Source: Octopus vulgaris (Eukaryota). Taken from it: DNA of 64,000 bases. This document shows, piece after piece, positions 1 to 13,184 of this stretch. Under the pieces are notes generated by a model. That model was not told where the DNA came from. It did no database searches and was given only the letters and a program-made list of their open reading frames with translations. Where the stretch lies: positions 201,438,001 to 201,502,000 of the forward strand of contig OX597814.1 of the NCBI GenBank assembly GCA_951406725.2. The letters are read 5' to 3'. Position 1 is the stretch's first letter. The number at the start of each line of letters is the position of its first letter. The position numbers and the translations under genes are program-made.

Positions 1-455
1 GGGTCGATGAAATCGACTTAATCCGTGTGTCTGTCCTTGTTTTTCCTCTCTGTGTTTAGCCCCTTGTTGGTAGTAAAGAAATAGATATTTCGTCTGCCGC
101 TACGTTCTGAGTTCAAATTCCGCCGAGGTCGACTTTGCCTTTCATCATCTCGGGGTCGATTAAGTAAATATCAGTTACTCACTGGGGTCGATATAATCGA
201 CTTAATCCGTTTGTTTGTCCTTGTTTGTCCTCTCTGTTTTTAGCCCCTTGTGGGTAGTAAAGAAATAGGTGCTTCGTCTGCCGTTATGTTCTGAGTTCAA
301 ATTCCGCCGAGGTCGACTTTTCCTTTCATCCTTTCGGGATCGAATATAAATAAGTATCAGTTATGCACAGGGGTCGATGTACTCGACTTAATCCCTTTGT
401 CTGTCCATGTTTGTCCCCTCCTATGTTTAGCCCCCTGTGGGCAATAAAGAAATAA
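1..455 (+). mobile_element. SINE family S1 (tRNA-derived, Nin/Deu-like domain), tandem ~184-bp units, cut by the window start
   Basis: B-box GTTCAAATTCC at ~111 and ~295 (period 184); body 'gaggtcgactttgcctttcatcctttcggggtcgat' recurs more than 10 times in the window. Confidence 0.85.
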
Positions 456-613
456 ATATTTCCTTCAAACTGACTGTCAAACTTTTGCAAAGAGCCTTAG
501 ATAGAAAATGTCTGTCTGAGAATTGGAAAAGATCTAAAGAGAGAAAGTTTAGTGGATACTTAAATGTTTGCTTTGATATTCAATAGTTACATGTGCTAAA
601 ATTATTATTATTA

Positions 614-658
<45 letters not shown>

Positions 659-732
659 GCAAAAGAGAAGAGTGATGCACACTGGCCTTCATACTACAAC
701 GAAGACCGGCCCACGTGGCGAAGTTTAGAGAA

Positions 733-794
733 ATCTTGTGGTTAGTAGCTCGCGCTCTTAACCCCAAGATGCCGAGGTCGATTCTAGGCAGTGA

Positions 795-857
<63 letters not shown>

Positions 858-1006
858 TATCGAAAAATACCTTAGGAATAAGAACCCAGGTTCGAAATTT
901 CCCCAAGACACCTGATGAAGGCTGGAGGATATATCAACCGAAGCGTTGTGTTAACAACAAACAAGATCAGGACAAATATCCGTCAAACGTAAATAATGTA
1001 AATAAT
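733..1006 (+). mobile_element. Composite element family A: tRNA-like head remnant + (AAT)n + hammerhead-containing tail, with a short inverted 5' piece
   Basis: Same head-(AAT)n-tail order at 27.5, 37 and 45.5 kb; inverted junction 'ggttagtagctcgcgctcttaacc|ccaagat'. Confidence 0.75.
907..952 (+). ncRNA. Minimal type I hammerhead motif, family A, degenerate (GAAGC instead of GAAAC)
   Basis: gacac-CTGATGA-a-ggctg...caacc-GAAGC-GTT-gtgtt. Confidence 0.6.
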
Positions 1007-1244
1007 CCAAGTACCAATCTCAAAATCCTAGCTGCCCCCAACACAGCAGTTTTTTGGCTCTGCTCTCATGTCAATTCCAATTTCTTTGACATATTTCTTG
1101 AACTTGGTTGTTAGTGTTCCAAGTGCTCTTACACCTACTGGAATGACAGACACTCTCCTCATAGTCCACATTCTTGCAATTTCGTCTTTTAGTAGTCTGT
1201 ACTTTTCAATCTTTTCTAGTTCTTTGTCATTTATGCGTGCATCC
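1006..1244 (-). mobile_element. Dong/R4 LINE fragment, RLE C-terminus
   Basis: Minus strand reads DARINDKELEKIEKYRLLKDEIARMW..VIPVGVRALGT..QKTAVLGAARILRLVL (one frameshift); abuts (ATT)n. Confidence 0.8.
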
Positions 1245-1254
1245 CTAAGTATTG

Positions 1255-1324
<70 letters not shown>

Positions 1325-1327
<3 letters not shown>

Positions 1328-1524
1328 TTTACTTCTCAGAGCTCTCGGTCATACTTTCCCTGGTTGATTCTGTGAGTGCGGACAGTAACCCGTTGTCAGA
1401 GGTCTCACGGGGTCTCTTTCCGCAAATTATTAGCTTTGGTACCTGGATGTTAACATACCATGGAAGACTCTCAACACCCAAGCATCAATCTCGTAATCCT
1501 TGATGTCCCCATGTCAATTCCAAA
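1325..1524 (-). mobile_element. Dong/R4 LINE extreme 3' end and UTR
   Basis: GIDM/GTSRITRLMLGC* similar to the neighbouring fragment; ends in (AAT)n. Confidence 0.6.
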
Positions 1525-1991
1525 CTACTACTACTACTACTACTGCTTGCTGCTGCTGCTGTTTCTGTCGTTGTTGTTGTTATCTTTACTGAATGTTGGG
1601 TCTTTTGATTTTACGGTATTCTATTCCTGGAATCCTTTAAATCTTCGGGAATTCAGTCGTAACTTTCAGTATAAAATGTTATTTGTCTATTTCTAGAGCA
1701 TGAAAATGCTATTGTGGAAAGTATTGATAGATTTAACCAATCAATTCTTGCTTATCGTCATATATTCCTCTAAATTTTAATGTTTGAGTTTGTGTTAACA
1801 CCTAGCTAGAACCAGTCGTCTTTAATTGCATTGAAATTTAAGTTTGCTAATTATGGCTCCACTAATGTCAGACGCTCGAGGTAAACTGACTTAAAGGAAG
1901 CTTTGCATCTCATAAATGCTCACTGATTTTCTTTCAGTTGCTCACATCAACTCGTTTTGGATGCATCAAACCAAACATATATTTATTGATT

Positions 1992-2330
1992 TCTTCATCA
2001 TCATCATTGTTCGACCGTCGTCGAGACAATGGAATTTACTATGCTACGCCAGACTTCACGGTCCATCATAGCATTACGGAGGTCCTGCTGCTGGATGCCT
2101 GTATCCCTAGAGATTACCTCAGGGTAGGAGAGTGTGCACCCTCTGGTATCGCGAGCAGATGGCTTCCAGAGGAGAAGAGTAGAAATTACCTCGTTTTTAG
2201 CTCTGCAACAATGTCCAGCAAACTGGACTCTTCTACCTTTCACAAGAGATGATACAGGTGGTAGTTTCCCATATATTTGCATTTTGGTTGGATGACGCTT
2301 CCACAAGAGATTTTGAACTCTCAAAGGAGG
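1992..2330 (-). mobile_element. RTE-clade LINE 3' end
   Basis: RRVQFAGHCCR...LLLWKP...DLRNAMMDREVWRSIV* followed by a (TGA)n tail. Confidence 0.8.
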
Positions 2331-2669
2331 CGAGTGTAAGTTCCATCCAACCGCCTCTCAAGCTTCTTTGATAATGTCCAGGTTTCTGAGCTATATTGAT
2401 TTTTAGAGGACGTTTTCCTGGCCAGAGGAGGAAATGGCAGCGCACATGATTCTATCCAGGTTCTCTAAGACAAATGATTGGAAGGAAAGAATTTATCCTT
2501 GAACCTGAGACATGTAAATATTTCCAATGGAGCGTATTCTGCAAAAGGCACCCAAAGAACAGGAAGCAGATAAACTACTTCTACGTAGTGATCATTCTCA
2601 TTTTTGCTGCTGTGATACCCTTATATGACTTTTAAGCCCGGCCAAGCTTTTACACATTTTATTACATAC

Positions 2670-3075
2670 TAGACAACTGTGCTGGCTGGCAGAGAAACAG
2701 GTGCCATCAAATACACTCTCTTAACATGTCTTTTTAGACCTCCAACTGAGAGGCACACCCTTCCACATTTTACACACGTTCTGTTATGAATTTTAATACC
2801 CACATCAATGTTTATTATGGGTCGATTTCTATGAGAATTTTGCTGGCTCACCAGGCCTGCACGACTCAAACGCCTCCGCCCACAAACCACACACACAAAA
2901 AGCAACACTCTCTCCCTTTCCACAGGTTTCCCCCCTTCTAAGCTCCCTCCTAATTCTCTCATACTTCACTCTCTCCCTCTCAAACCTTAAACAACCATCA
3001 TGCACAATCTTCCTCCATCCATCACGGTCTTGTGCCTCCCTCTCCCAATTACCTGCTGCAATCCCTGTCTGTATT
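2670..3075 (-). mobile_element. RTE/BovB-like LINE 3' end with zinc-finger remnants
   Basis: WEREAQDRDGWRKIV...CVVCGRRRLSRAGL..., CVKCGRVCLSVGGLKRH. Confidence 0.75.
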
Positions 3076-3089
3076 AGATACATACAAAC

Positions 3090-3171
<82 letters not shown>

Positions 3172-3254
3172 TAGAGATAAAACCACTATTATGCCACTCA
3201 AACAGTGATATACTTAAACCAATACATAAATCCTTTTTAAAATATTATTATTAT

Positions 3255-3331
3255 TCAGGTCACTGCCTGGAATCAAACTCGGAATATTGGGGTTAGTAGC
3301 CCGCGCTCTTAACCACTACGCCACATACCCC
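3255..3331 (-). mobile_element. Complete tRNA-like head of family A element
   Basis: A-box TGGCGTAGTGG (3313-3323), B-box GTTTGATTC (3270-3278), pseudo-anticodon loop CT-ACT-AA, followed by aat repeats. Confidence 0.7.
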
Positions 3332-4089
3332 GCGAGCACATATAGAGCTATAAATCAAACGTTGATATATCTTAAATCAAACAATGAATTCCTGTAAACA
3401 ATTGTTTTTCCCAAAGCTGTACTTAAACTATCTTTCGTTATTTATATTTATACAATTGGTTCCTAAACCGCTGACTTCAGCCTTGACAGCAATGTTTACA
3501 ACCCAGCTCACAGAATTCAGCAGATACAATCGACAAACATTGAATGCAGATAATTATTTTACTGTCTCTGCTTGGAACAATAGAAACTGTGACAAAATTC
3601 AAATAAATAACTTCCTTGGATCCCACAACACCACAATTGCAGTTGTTGATTCTTTCACTATCATTACTTCCTTTATTTTAGTCACTGGACTACCGCCATG
3701 CTGGGGCAGAGTCTCACATATTTTAACTAATCGTTTCCATTCGAGAATTTCGTTCACTTGTGTACTTATTTTATCGAATTCTATCGAATGTATGTATGTG
3801 ACATTCTTGACAGATAGGGATATATAATTCGACTCATTATTTACACACTTATATAAAATATATATTCTCCTCTATAGAAGGAACATGGTCGTTTCCATAG
3901 CGATAATATAGTTTCTTCAATTTAATCGTGTTTGACTTCGTTTGGATTTTAGAAATTCCCTCTAGCTATTGAATTGATTCTATTATCTCAGCAAAATTAT
4001 TTTTACATATAAAACTTCTGCTGGTCTGCACTCCTGAATTCTTTCATAAAGTTTAAAGGATAATAATTCATAATTCCTCCCACTGAAGG

Positions 4090-4622
4090 TACATGGATTT
4101 GAAATTTTAGGGGCGGTGTATAGTCGATTACATCGACCCCAGTACTTGATTTGGTACTTAATTTATCGACCCCGAAAGGATTAAAGGCAAAGTCGACGTC
4201 GGCGGAATTAGAACCCAGACCGTAGCGGCAGACGAAATACTTATTTCTTTACTACCCACAAGGGGCTAAACACAGAGGAAAAACAAGGACAGACAAACGT
4301 ATTAAGTCGATTATATCGACCTCAGTGCGGAACTGGTACTTATTTAATCGATCCCGAGGGGGTGAAAGGTAAAGTCGACCTCGGCGGAATTTGAACACAG
4401 AACGTAGCGGCAGACGAAATATCGCTCAGCATTTCACCCGGCGTGCTAACGTCTCTGCCAGCTCGCCGCCTTAGGATAGTCTTTTCTACTCTAGACACAA
4501 AGCCATAAGTTTTGGGGAAGGCGCCAGTCGATTAGATCGGCCACAGTACGCAACTGGTACTTAATTTATCAACCCCGAAAGGATGAAAGGCAAAGTTGAC
4601 CTTGGCGGAATTTGAACTCAGA
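4090..4622 (-). mobile_element. SINE S1 cluster (dimer plus partial copy)
   Basis: Reverse complement of the S1 head 'ggcgagctggcag' and body. Confidence 0.85.
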
Positions 4623-4955
4623 ACCTGGCTCCCGTGCTATCCGCCCACTACAAAAATCGAACTCGATACACATAGCAACATTACGTTACAATTACTTTAC
4701 CTCAATCGGTCCAGTTCTCTTTAATATCAAAACGGAAACAGATTCCATAAAATTCAAATGTTCACTGGACAAATTTCTTCAGAAAATCCCAGACCAACCT
4801 CCTACACCCGGATATGTCTCTAACGATAATAACTCTTTGCTAGAGTGGGCCATGGTACCACATATATGACTAATAGACTTCACCAGGTGGCGCTATTAAG
4901 TTAGACATGGCCTGGGCCTATACTGGCCGAAACCTATCAAAGTTATCAAAGTTAT
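4623..4955 (+). mobile_element. CR1-like LINE 3' end
   Basis: FTSIGPVLFN...LDKFLQKIPDQPPTPGY...NSLLEW*; tandem tail 'tatcaaagt'; homologous to 45945-46290. Confidence 0.7.
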
Positions 4956-5191
4956 ATATGCGTCAGATAGCAGTACTCAAATTTCAGGTGAGATTGTTTT
5001 TCAGTTTCAGTTACACAGAGTAAAGCATATGAAGTGGTACAGTATAAATGATAGAGTTTAAATGTGTAACTTCATTTCTGCTCAAAGACCTAAGTTCATG
5101 TGACATAAAAGTAAAGTGGTTAACACCAAGTCAACTTTGACTGAATAGATGAAAGCTCTTCCAACATTACCTGCAGTTTTACTTATGGATA

Positions 5192-5261
<70 letters not shown>

Positions 5262-5264
<3 letters not shown>

Positions 5265-6233
5265 AACGACACACCGGTCTCACGCCATTTCCGCTCCACC
5301 GGTCACTCCTTGCAACACCTATCTGTGTTCGGTTTGTCCTTACACAGAGGCCATCCGGATTCCCGTTTGCGCCGTGAACAGGAATTAATCTTCTCTCTTC
5401 GCTCTTATACGCCATTTGGTCTCAACTCTCCCCCTCCTCATCTAACCCCCTCTCCCCCTCCTCACCTATCCTTCCCCCCGACCCCTACTTCTTCAGTCCT
5501 TCATCCTTTCACCCCTACTCCCCTTCCCTTCTTCCCTCTTTCTCCCTCCCTCCTTCCCTCTTCCCTCTGCTCCCTCACTCCCCTTCTCTCTCCCCCTCTT
5601 TCCTCCTCCCCTTCATTCTCCCCCTCCCCCCTCCCCCTCTTCTCCTCACTACACCACACGACTTTACACATCACATCATATATGATGTGCCATACTAATA
5701 CATACACCAACTAATACATACTAATACGTACTAATACATACTAATACATACACCAACCCTATACATACACACGTCCAGACCCCTCATACGCACTTATACT
5801 CTCTCATACACACACACACACACACACACTTATACATACTAATACGTACTAATACTAATACGTACTAATACATACTAATACATACTAATACATACACCAA
5901 CACCATACATACGCCTGTCCAGACCTATCCTAGGGTCATTCAACCCTATTATCAACCCTATTATCTCCCCTTATTTCGCTCTCGCGTCTCATGTTTGATT
6001 TTTGACCTCTGGCCGAAATCAGATCGCCATGTTGATTCGTTAGTTACTGCACGCATTTTTTTTCTCTCCTTCTTTCTGTGTTTTTTTCTCTCTGTGTATC
6101 TTTCTGTTGAAGAGCGTAGGCTCGAAACGTTAAAGACTTGTTTTATTTATATTTCTTGAGCGCCATACTAATACAATTGTTTGTTTGTTTTCCACCTGCC
6201 TTCGTCTGTTGTCTATTTTCATAAAGCTTCCCG

Positions 6234-6236
<3 letters not shown>
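5262..6236 (+). mobile_element. Penelope-like element 3' fragment: GIY-YIG endonuclease C-terminus, repetitive 3' UTR and hammerhead-bearing end, inserted in (TA)n
   Basis: Frame from 5268: DTPVSRHFRSTGHSLQHLSVFGL...RLRREQELIFSLRSYTPFGLN, typical PLE endonuclease end (H..F...H...E..I..L...P.GLN); flanked on both sides by (TA)n. Confidence 0.8.
6099..6136 (+). ncRNA. Minimal hammerhead motif, family B, variant core CUGUUGA
   Basis: tcttt-CTGTTGA-a-gagc(gtag)gctc-GAAAC-GTT-aaaga: stems I and II fully paired. Confidence 0.65.
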
Positions 6237-6270
<34 letters not shown>

Positions 6271-6933
6271 TTCAAGTAGAACAATTCAAACATTTTGAGG
6301 AGTCCACAAAGAGTGAGAACAATTTCTGATAAAAATTCATCATATTCAGAAGTATCCTGCTAGAGCAAGCAATTAGGAATATGAAAATAACAATTGAGAA
6401 AGTTCGTTATGGATATAAAGATACCATAAACAATTATACAAATGGAGAAAAGATGTTAAAAAATCAAAATTAGATTTAATAAGTACATACGGACGTTTCA
6501 AAGGGCAATTCAAATATGTAAGAAAAAAAAATAATTATAATTAAAGTTATGTATTGTCACTCTCGTCAGTGTGAAGAATTTAAGGAAAAAAAATCCCCAA
6601 AAGTTATTACTAAAAGTCAAGAAGAAAAAACAAATGGGATAATAGGGAAAATTTAACCGGATATTTACAAATAAGTTGTGAAAAGGAAAATTAAGAGAAA
6701 CGAAAAGGAGAGACATATCAATGTGTATGCAAGTCTATATATATATTTATATATATATATAAGATATAACATTTGTAAACAAACATGATAGGTTTTGCAA
6801 TTTGCAGAGGGTTACTGGCTTGGGTTAACTCATCATTTTCGGTTAATTGTTTGTATTTAAAATCTTTCGCTTCAATTTGGAGAATATATATTATTATAAG
6901 ATACTATTATACAGTTATCTATCGATCTCTCTG

Positions 6934-7083
<150 letters not shown>

Positions 7084-7103
7084 TATATGTATATGTATAT
7101 ATG

Positions 7104-7186
<83 letters not shown>

Positions 7187-7193
<7 letters not shown>

Positions 7194-7714
7194 TGGAGAA
7201 AAAACCCACTATTATTCAATTCAAACAACGATAGACATAAACCAAATCATAAATAAAAAAATGAAGTATATTTTTATAAAACACATAACTAGATCACAAA
7301 AAGTATAAAAATGAATAATCAATACATAAGTACATGGTCGTTCACATATACGTCCTTATACGTATATACGTTCACATATACGCCTTAACCCTAGCACTCG
7401 GACACACACACGCGCGCACGCACGCACGCACGCACGCACGCACACACATATACGGTTATGTACGCGCACTCAGATACGTACACATATTCAAATATATGTA
7501 TATAATATCGTTTATTCATTTTTATACTTTTTGTGATCTATTTATATCTTTTATAAAAATATTTTTAATATTTTTATTTATGATTTGGTTTATGTCTATC
7601 ATTGTTTGAATTGCATAATAGTGGTTTTTTCTCCAATTTATATATTATATATATTGTGAAATTTGATTTAATACTAAATTGAATTTTTTCCTGTAAGTTT
7701 GGAGTTATACTCCC

Positions 7715-7715
<1 letters not shown>
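7187..7715. repeat. Foldback element (inverted arms ~7187-7325 / ~7495-7640 plus one-sided extension) between microsatellites
   Basis: 'aattggagaaaaaacccactattatt' versus 'taatagtggttttttctccaatt'; related to 26536-26781, 3168-3240 and 8830-8905. Confidence 0.75.
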
Positions 7716-7804
<89 letters not shown>

Positions 7805-8706
7805 GGTTGTATTTCTATATATACGTATGCGTGCTTAGTATGTATGGATATATATATATTCATTAGGAGGTTTGGAGATGATGTGCAGGTATTATATATT
7901 AGAAGAAATAGGGTACTCAGAAATCTGGATGGTTTTATATTTACTGATATTTATTAGTATGTTACATGTTTTTATAAATCATATATCCTATATTAGCACC
8001 AGTTTATTATGTAGATGCTCCTTCATTGAAAAGGAAAAGAAGTGATTATTCTATGAGATAATTTTGTGAATATTACAATTCTTAAATGTGATATAATTGG
8101 CTGTTATAAAACATAGTGAAGTTGTCGATCGAAATTTTTGTAATTATTGAGCTAATTAAGGTAGCGCAAAAATCCCCTAATCAAATTTACTAAACAAGGC
8201 AAAGATCGAACTAACCATATTGGATTTAGTTCCAACTGACTTAAAGCTTGGTCTTTGCACATTTCCAAAGCCTGAGAATGATACCATGCAGAGATTATAT
8301 CGATGAGTTAAAAATCAGAAATTTTAAGACGGCTAAAAGCTTTTGATTCTACATATGTAATTACTATTAATGTAATTGCTATTCCATGTAATACTAAATG
8401 TAATTACTATTAAAATATAACTTTAAACTAAATTCAGTTTATTTTTGTTTACGTTCATAAGATTATAGTTTATGTTCATTCTCCTAGAAAATATTGCAAT
8501 TATAAAAACTATTATCTATAAAAATCTAATATTTTCTTTGAAAGAACATTATTTATATACCAATGGGGAAATATCAAAAAGCGTAAACTATTCATATGAA
8601 AATGCTGTTATATTTATAAGCACTAAATTTCTTAATGTTTCATGATATGTCATTGGTGTAACTTAGTGCAAGGTTTCCAAAATAAAGACTGATGAGCATT
8701 TAACTA

Positions 8707-8744
<38 letters not shown>

Positions 8745-8899
8745 AATTATATATGTATATATTAAATTATATATGTATATATTGAATTATATGTTATATA
8801 TTTATACTGTATTAATATATATTTATATATGTTTATACTGTAAAATTAGATTTAATCCTAAATCTAATTTTTCCATGTAAGTTTGGATTTACTCCCTAA

Positions 8900-8990
<91 letters not shown>

Positions 8991-9084
8991 GAGTGAGAGA
9001 GCAGTTCATGCCATCAAAGTGACACTGGGGTAAAATATACGAAGCCCAATATACCCATCATGACTACCCGTCTGATAAGGGTAC
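8991..9084 (-). mobile_element. (TAA)n-associated non-coding retroposon (family T), 5'-truncated
   Basis: Shared 3' end '...ctctctcactc(aat)n' with copies at 16.0, 37.2, 49.0 and 60.4 kb. Confidence 0.7.
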
Positions 9085-9098
9085 TATTATAATTATTA

Positions 9099-9175
<77 letters not shown>

Positions 9176-10192
9176 GACAACGTGAAGTTGTAAGATACCG
9201 CACGAGTGAAAATATATATGAAAGAAGGTTTGAAAATTGCATTTTCAAACCTTTCATATATATATATATATATTTATTTATAATACTTTGGTTTTTGCGA
9301 ATACATGGGTAATATTTTCCTGCTGTTACTTGGAGGCTAAAGTAATTATATGGAAATGATATCGAGTGCATGGAAGTATAAGATATTGGAAGATTTTTTT
9401 TTAACAGTCACCACATGCTTTCCCAACAATATATTGTTCTTGCACTCGTCTTTGTACATCAAGATCCTTAAATAGATGCGCATAAAAATACTTGGCCACC
9501 TTTGCATCTACTATAAGATAAAACTATCGAAAATCCATAAGAAAATCACATAATCAGTAAATTGAGAATGCAAAAATTGGTTTCCATACATGTCTTAATT
9601 AGTAGATTTAATTTCTTGTTAGTGCAGTTCAACACGCCCACACGCATACATGTGTATGCATATGTATATACTCACAGAGACAGACAGTGATGCATATACA
9701 AATATATATGAATATATAGTTAATGTTGTATGAATATATATGTGTGTGTGTATGTACAAAAGTTAAGGTATGGAGTAGATAAGATCTGGTCTACATATGT
9801 TTCATGAGGAGTGGAACCTCAGATGTGGTAAATATCCAAGTGAGGTGTATACCGCAGGCTACTCTTCAGGGCAAGGATATCTTGATTAAATGAAGGTTTA
9901 CATGGTTGCAAGGAGGTACGTGTTAACACATGGAAGATTCAGAATCAGAATGTGTAGAAAGAACAGGAGTGGAGAATATAAATGTAGAGAGAAATTAGGG
10001 TTGCAAAAAAGAAAAAGGAAAAAATAAGACAACATAAGAGAGTGAGAAGAATGAGGAATTTAAGCAAGGTTATTTGACTAGTAATATTCAATAGAGCTAT
10101 TTTGGCCAAGTCGCAGAAATTAGCAAGGGGTATATCAATATCTATATCTATATCTATATCTATATCTATATCTATATCAATATCTATATCTA

Positions 10193-10302
<110 letters not shown>

Positions 10303-10853
10303 ACTCTGATCTTGTCATTTAGGAGTCCGTTGTTTCAGTGGATATAACATATAGTTTATTTTCACAGAAGCCACAAACAATTGAGGCTGTAGTGTACTGG
10401 TTGCTGATATACAGTATAAAGCACGTGATAATAAAGTTGTGAATGTCATAGTCTTCCAAAACCGTGTACAGTTTCATAATGTTGTGCTCGATCTTTTATC
10501 TGTCTAACTACGAATTTATGATTTAAGAAACGAATTTATTATCCTAACTCTCACTTTACTCAGTCGCCTGTCACGTTGTTAAAATTTGGTAGAGCGTATG
10601 TTGTTGCTCACCGCAAATTGATACTAATATACAGATATGTTTGTACGAACTAACAGTCAAGCTTCACCACGGTTGATCAGCGTGCTTGTACCAATCAAAC
10701 CTGCCTAAAATTCTACTCTGCCCTCTTGAAAATATGGGGTTGTTTGGCTGACATAAATTTATATAAGCTGAGCACAGACAAACGATCTGGCCCTAGTTGG
10801 AGTATCGGTAATATGGCTTAGTTACTGTTGATACAGAGGTGCACGTGTATGTA

Positions 10854-11419
10854 TTGGGTTGTCCGGAAAGTTCGCGCCGGTTTTTAAAGGAAAGAAAAAG
10901 GTCAATAAATACTTGTCATTACATTTTTAATCAACCAAATATGAAACATTTTGTTGCACAATGCATCTCTATCTTTCCTTTAACTTGAAAATACCCTCTT
11001 CCCAGAATTGAGGTGGTTTCATGGCAAAGAATTCATCAAGGTATCTTTTTACGTCATTCAAGAAATTGAAATTTTTACCATTAAGACTATTCTGCAGAGA
11101 CCTGAATAAGTGGAAATCCGAAGGAGCAATATCTGGTGAATATGGAGGGTGGGGTAACACATCCCAGCCGAGCTGCAGCAATATTTATCTGGTTCCCAAA
11201 GCATCAAGTGCCGAAAATGAACTTTCTTATCTTCCATTTTAAAGGGTTACAGAATTAAAACAGGTTATAGGAGCATAAACCTTCTTCCAGGAAAAGATAG
11301 ATTAAACTGTGCTCTAAATGGAGGTGTAGTCAAATACTATTTCATGGACTCAACCATGTTCTAAAATAAGTCGAAGAGTAAGCTGCTATAAATCGGCATG
11401 AACTTTCCGGACAACCCAA
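10854..11419 (-). mobile_element. Internally deleted mariner element
   Basis: TIRs TTGGGTTGTCCGGAAAGTTC at both ends, TA TSD; transposase motif HPPYSPDIAPSDFHLFRSLQN. Confidence 0.92.
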
Positions 11420-11434
11420 TATATAAAAACAAAC

Positions 11435-11686
11435 TAGCACTTCTTCGGTTACGACGACGTGAGTTCCAGTTGATCCGATCAACGGGAAATCCTGCTCGGG
11501 AAATTAACGTGCAAGTGGCTGAGCACTCCACAGACACGTATACCCTTAACTTAGTTCTCAGGGAGATTCAGTGCGATACAGAGTGTGACAAGGCTGGCCT
11601 CTTTCAAATACAGGTATTACTCATTTTAGCCAGCTGAGTAGACCAGAGCAACGTGAAATAAAGTGCCTTGCTCAAGGATACAATGC
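11435..11686 (-). mobile_element. SINE related to S3 (shared central domain, different tail)
   Basis: 'gagcaacgtgaaataaagtgccttgctcaag' shared with S3; further copies near 29.5-29.8 kb and 56.9-57.5 kb. Confidence 0.65.
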
Positions 11687-11835
11687 ACCTATTTTGTTTT
11701 GTCTCCACCTTACTATCTCCATATCAGTCCCTTTGAATTTCTTTTATAGCTAGTCTTGACGAAAAAGCTGGAAGTTCAGTTCTCATTCATTCGAGCACTA
11801 CTGGACGTTTTCCGTACTAAACTTATTCAGTTCTG

Positions 11836-11880
<45 letters not shown>

Positions 11881-12144
11881 TGCCTGCGTGCGTATGACCT
11901 CCCCTCGCAAATACTAATCGGAAATAGAATGTGTGTCGTTAGCCACTTGGAAGAGATGACTTCCTGGGGCTATAAACGTCAGTGGTACTGTCGCGTATAG
12001 GAAGCTACACTTGGTTGGCAATTTTATGTTACGATTCCGTATTGCTACTGTTTACATCTCGCTCAGGGTGCATGCGTGTGTGTGTGTGTTTGGGTGTGTC
12101 TATGTATATATATGTGTGTATATATATGTGTGTGTATATATATA

Positions 12145-12476
12145 GACCCCCTTCGGTCATAAATGACCATAGGATTGCACCTAGAAAGTTACTCTCCTAG
12201 GCACAAGTCCGGGCAAGGTTGCTTAAGGAAGATCAACAGTCGCCCATGTATACCGGCCTCCCCTCTCCACACCACTGATGTTATCCAAGGGAAAGGCAAA
12301 GGGGCCGATACAGCTTGGCACCTGTGATGTCGCAACTCATTTCTACAGCTGAGTGAACTGGAGCAACGTGAAACAAAGTGTCTTGCCCAAGAGCACAACA
12401 CACAGCCAGGTCCGGGATTCGAACTCACAACCTCACAATCGTAAGCTCGACACTCTAACCACTGAGCCATGCGCCT
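12145..12476 (-). mobile_element. SINE family S3 (tRNA-Arg-like head)
   Basis: Head TGGCTCAGTGG...CTTACGAT...GTTCGAATCCC; second copy at 29847-30165. Confidence 0.85.
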
Positions 12477-12503
12477 TCATTTTTATATATATACATACAT
12501 GCA

Positions 12504-12551
<48 letters not shown>

Positions 12552-12572
12552 CATACATACATACATACATGC

Positions 12573-12617
<45 letters not shown>

Positions 12618-13184
12618 GAGAGAGGGAGACAGCTAGGATGCTAAAGGAATTAACATGAAGTGCACTTAACTATTGAGGCTCTGATGTAACTCTAAGTTGT
12701 TACTCAGGTACACAACTATGAGCCCAGCGCATCTTACAGTGGGAATTATCTCTGTAAGCTAATGTAGTTCATAAGATAATCGTTTATCTCTTTTGTCATC
12801 TCTTTTCTTATTACTGCTCTGTACTCGACTAACCCATCGTTCAGAAGCAAACGTAAATTGGCGTCTACACCAGGTCGGTAGTCTTGCAATGGCTAAGCAA
12901 TATGTGTGTGTGTGTGCGTGCGTGCGTGTGCAGATATATATGCATATGTGTATGTGTGTATATATATATGTATGCATGTGCGTGTGTGTGTATATATATA
13001 TATGTATGTATATGTGTATGTGTGTGTGTATATATATATTTATATATATGTATATGTGTGTGCGTATATATATATATATATGTATGTATATGTGTATGTG
13101 TATATATATGTATGTATATTTGTGTGTATATATATGCGTGTATATGTGTGTGTGTGCATATATATGTGTGTGCATATATATATA

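Noticed and set aside
1-455. Tandem 184-bp units as a CRISPR-like array or retrozyme
   Set aside because: No unique spacers and no hammerhead core found on either strand; it is a SINE body duplication
3255-3331. Possible tRNA-Ser(ACT) gene
   Set aside because: Poor acceptor and T stems, repeated copies and an (AAT)n tail: SINE-type head
12390-12476. Possible tRNA-Arg(ACG) gene
   Set aside because: It is the head of SINE S3 and continues into the SINE body
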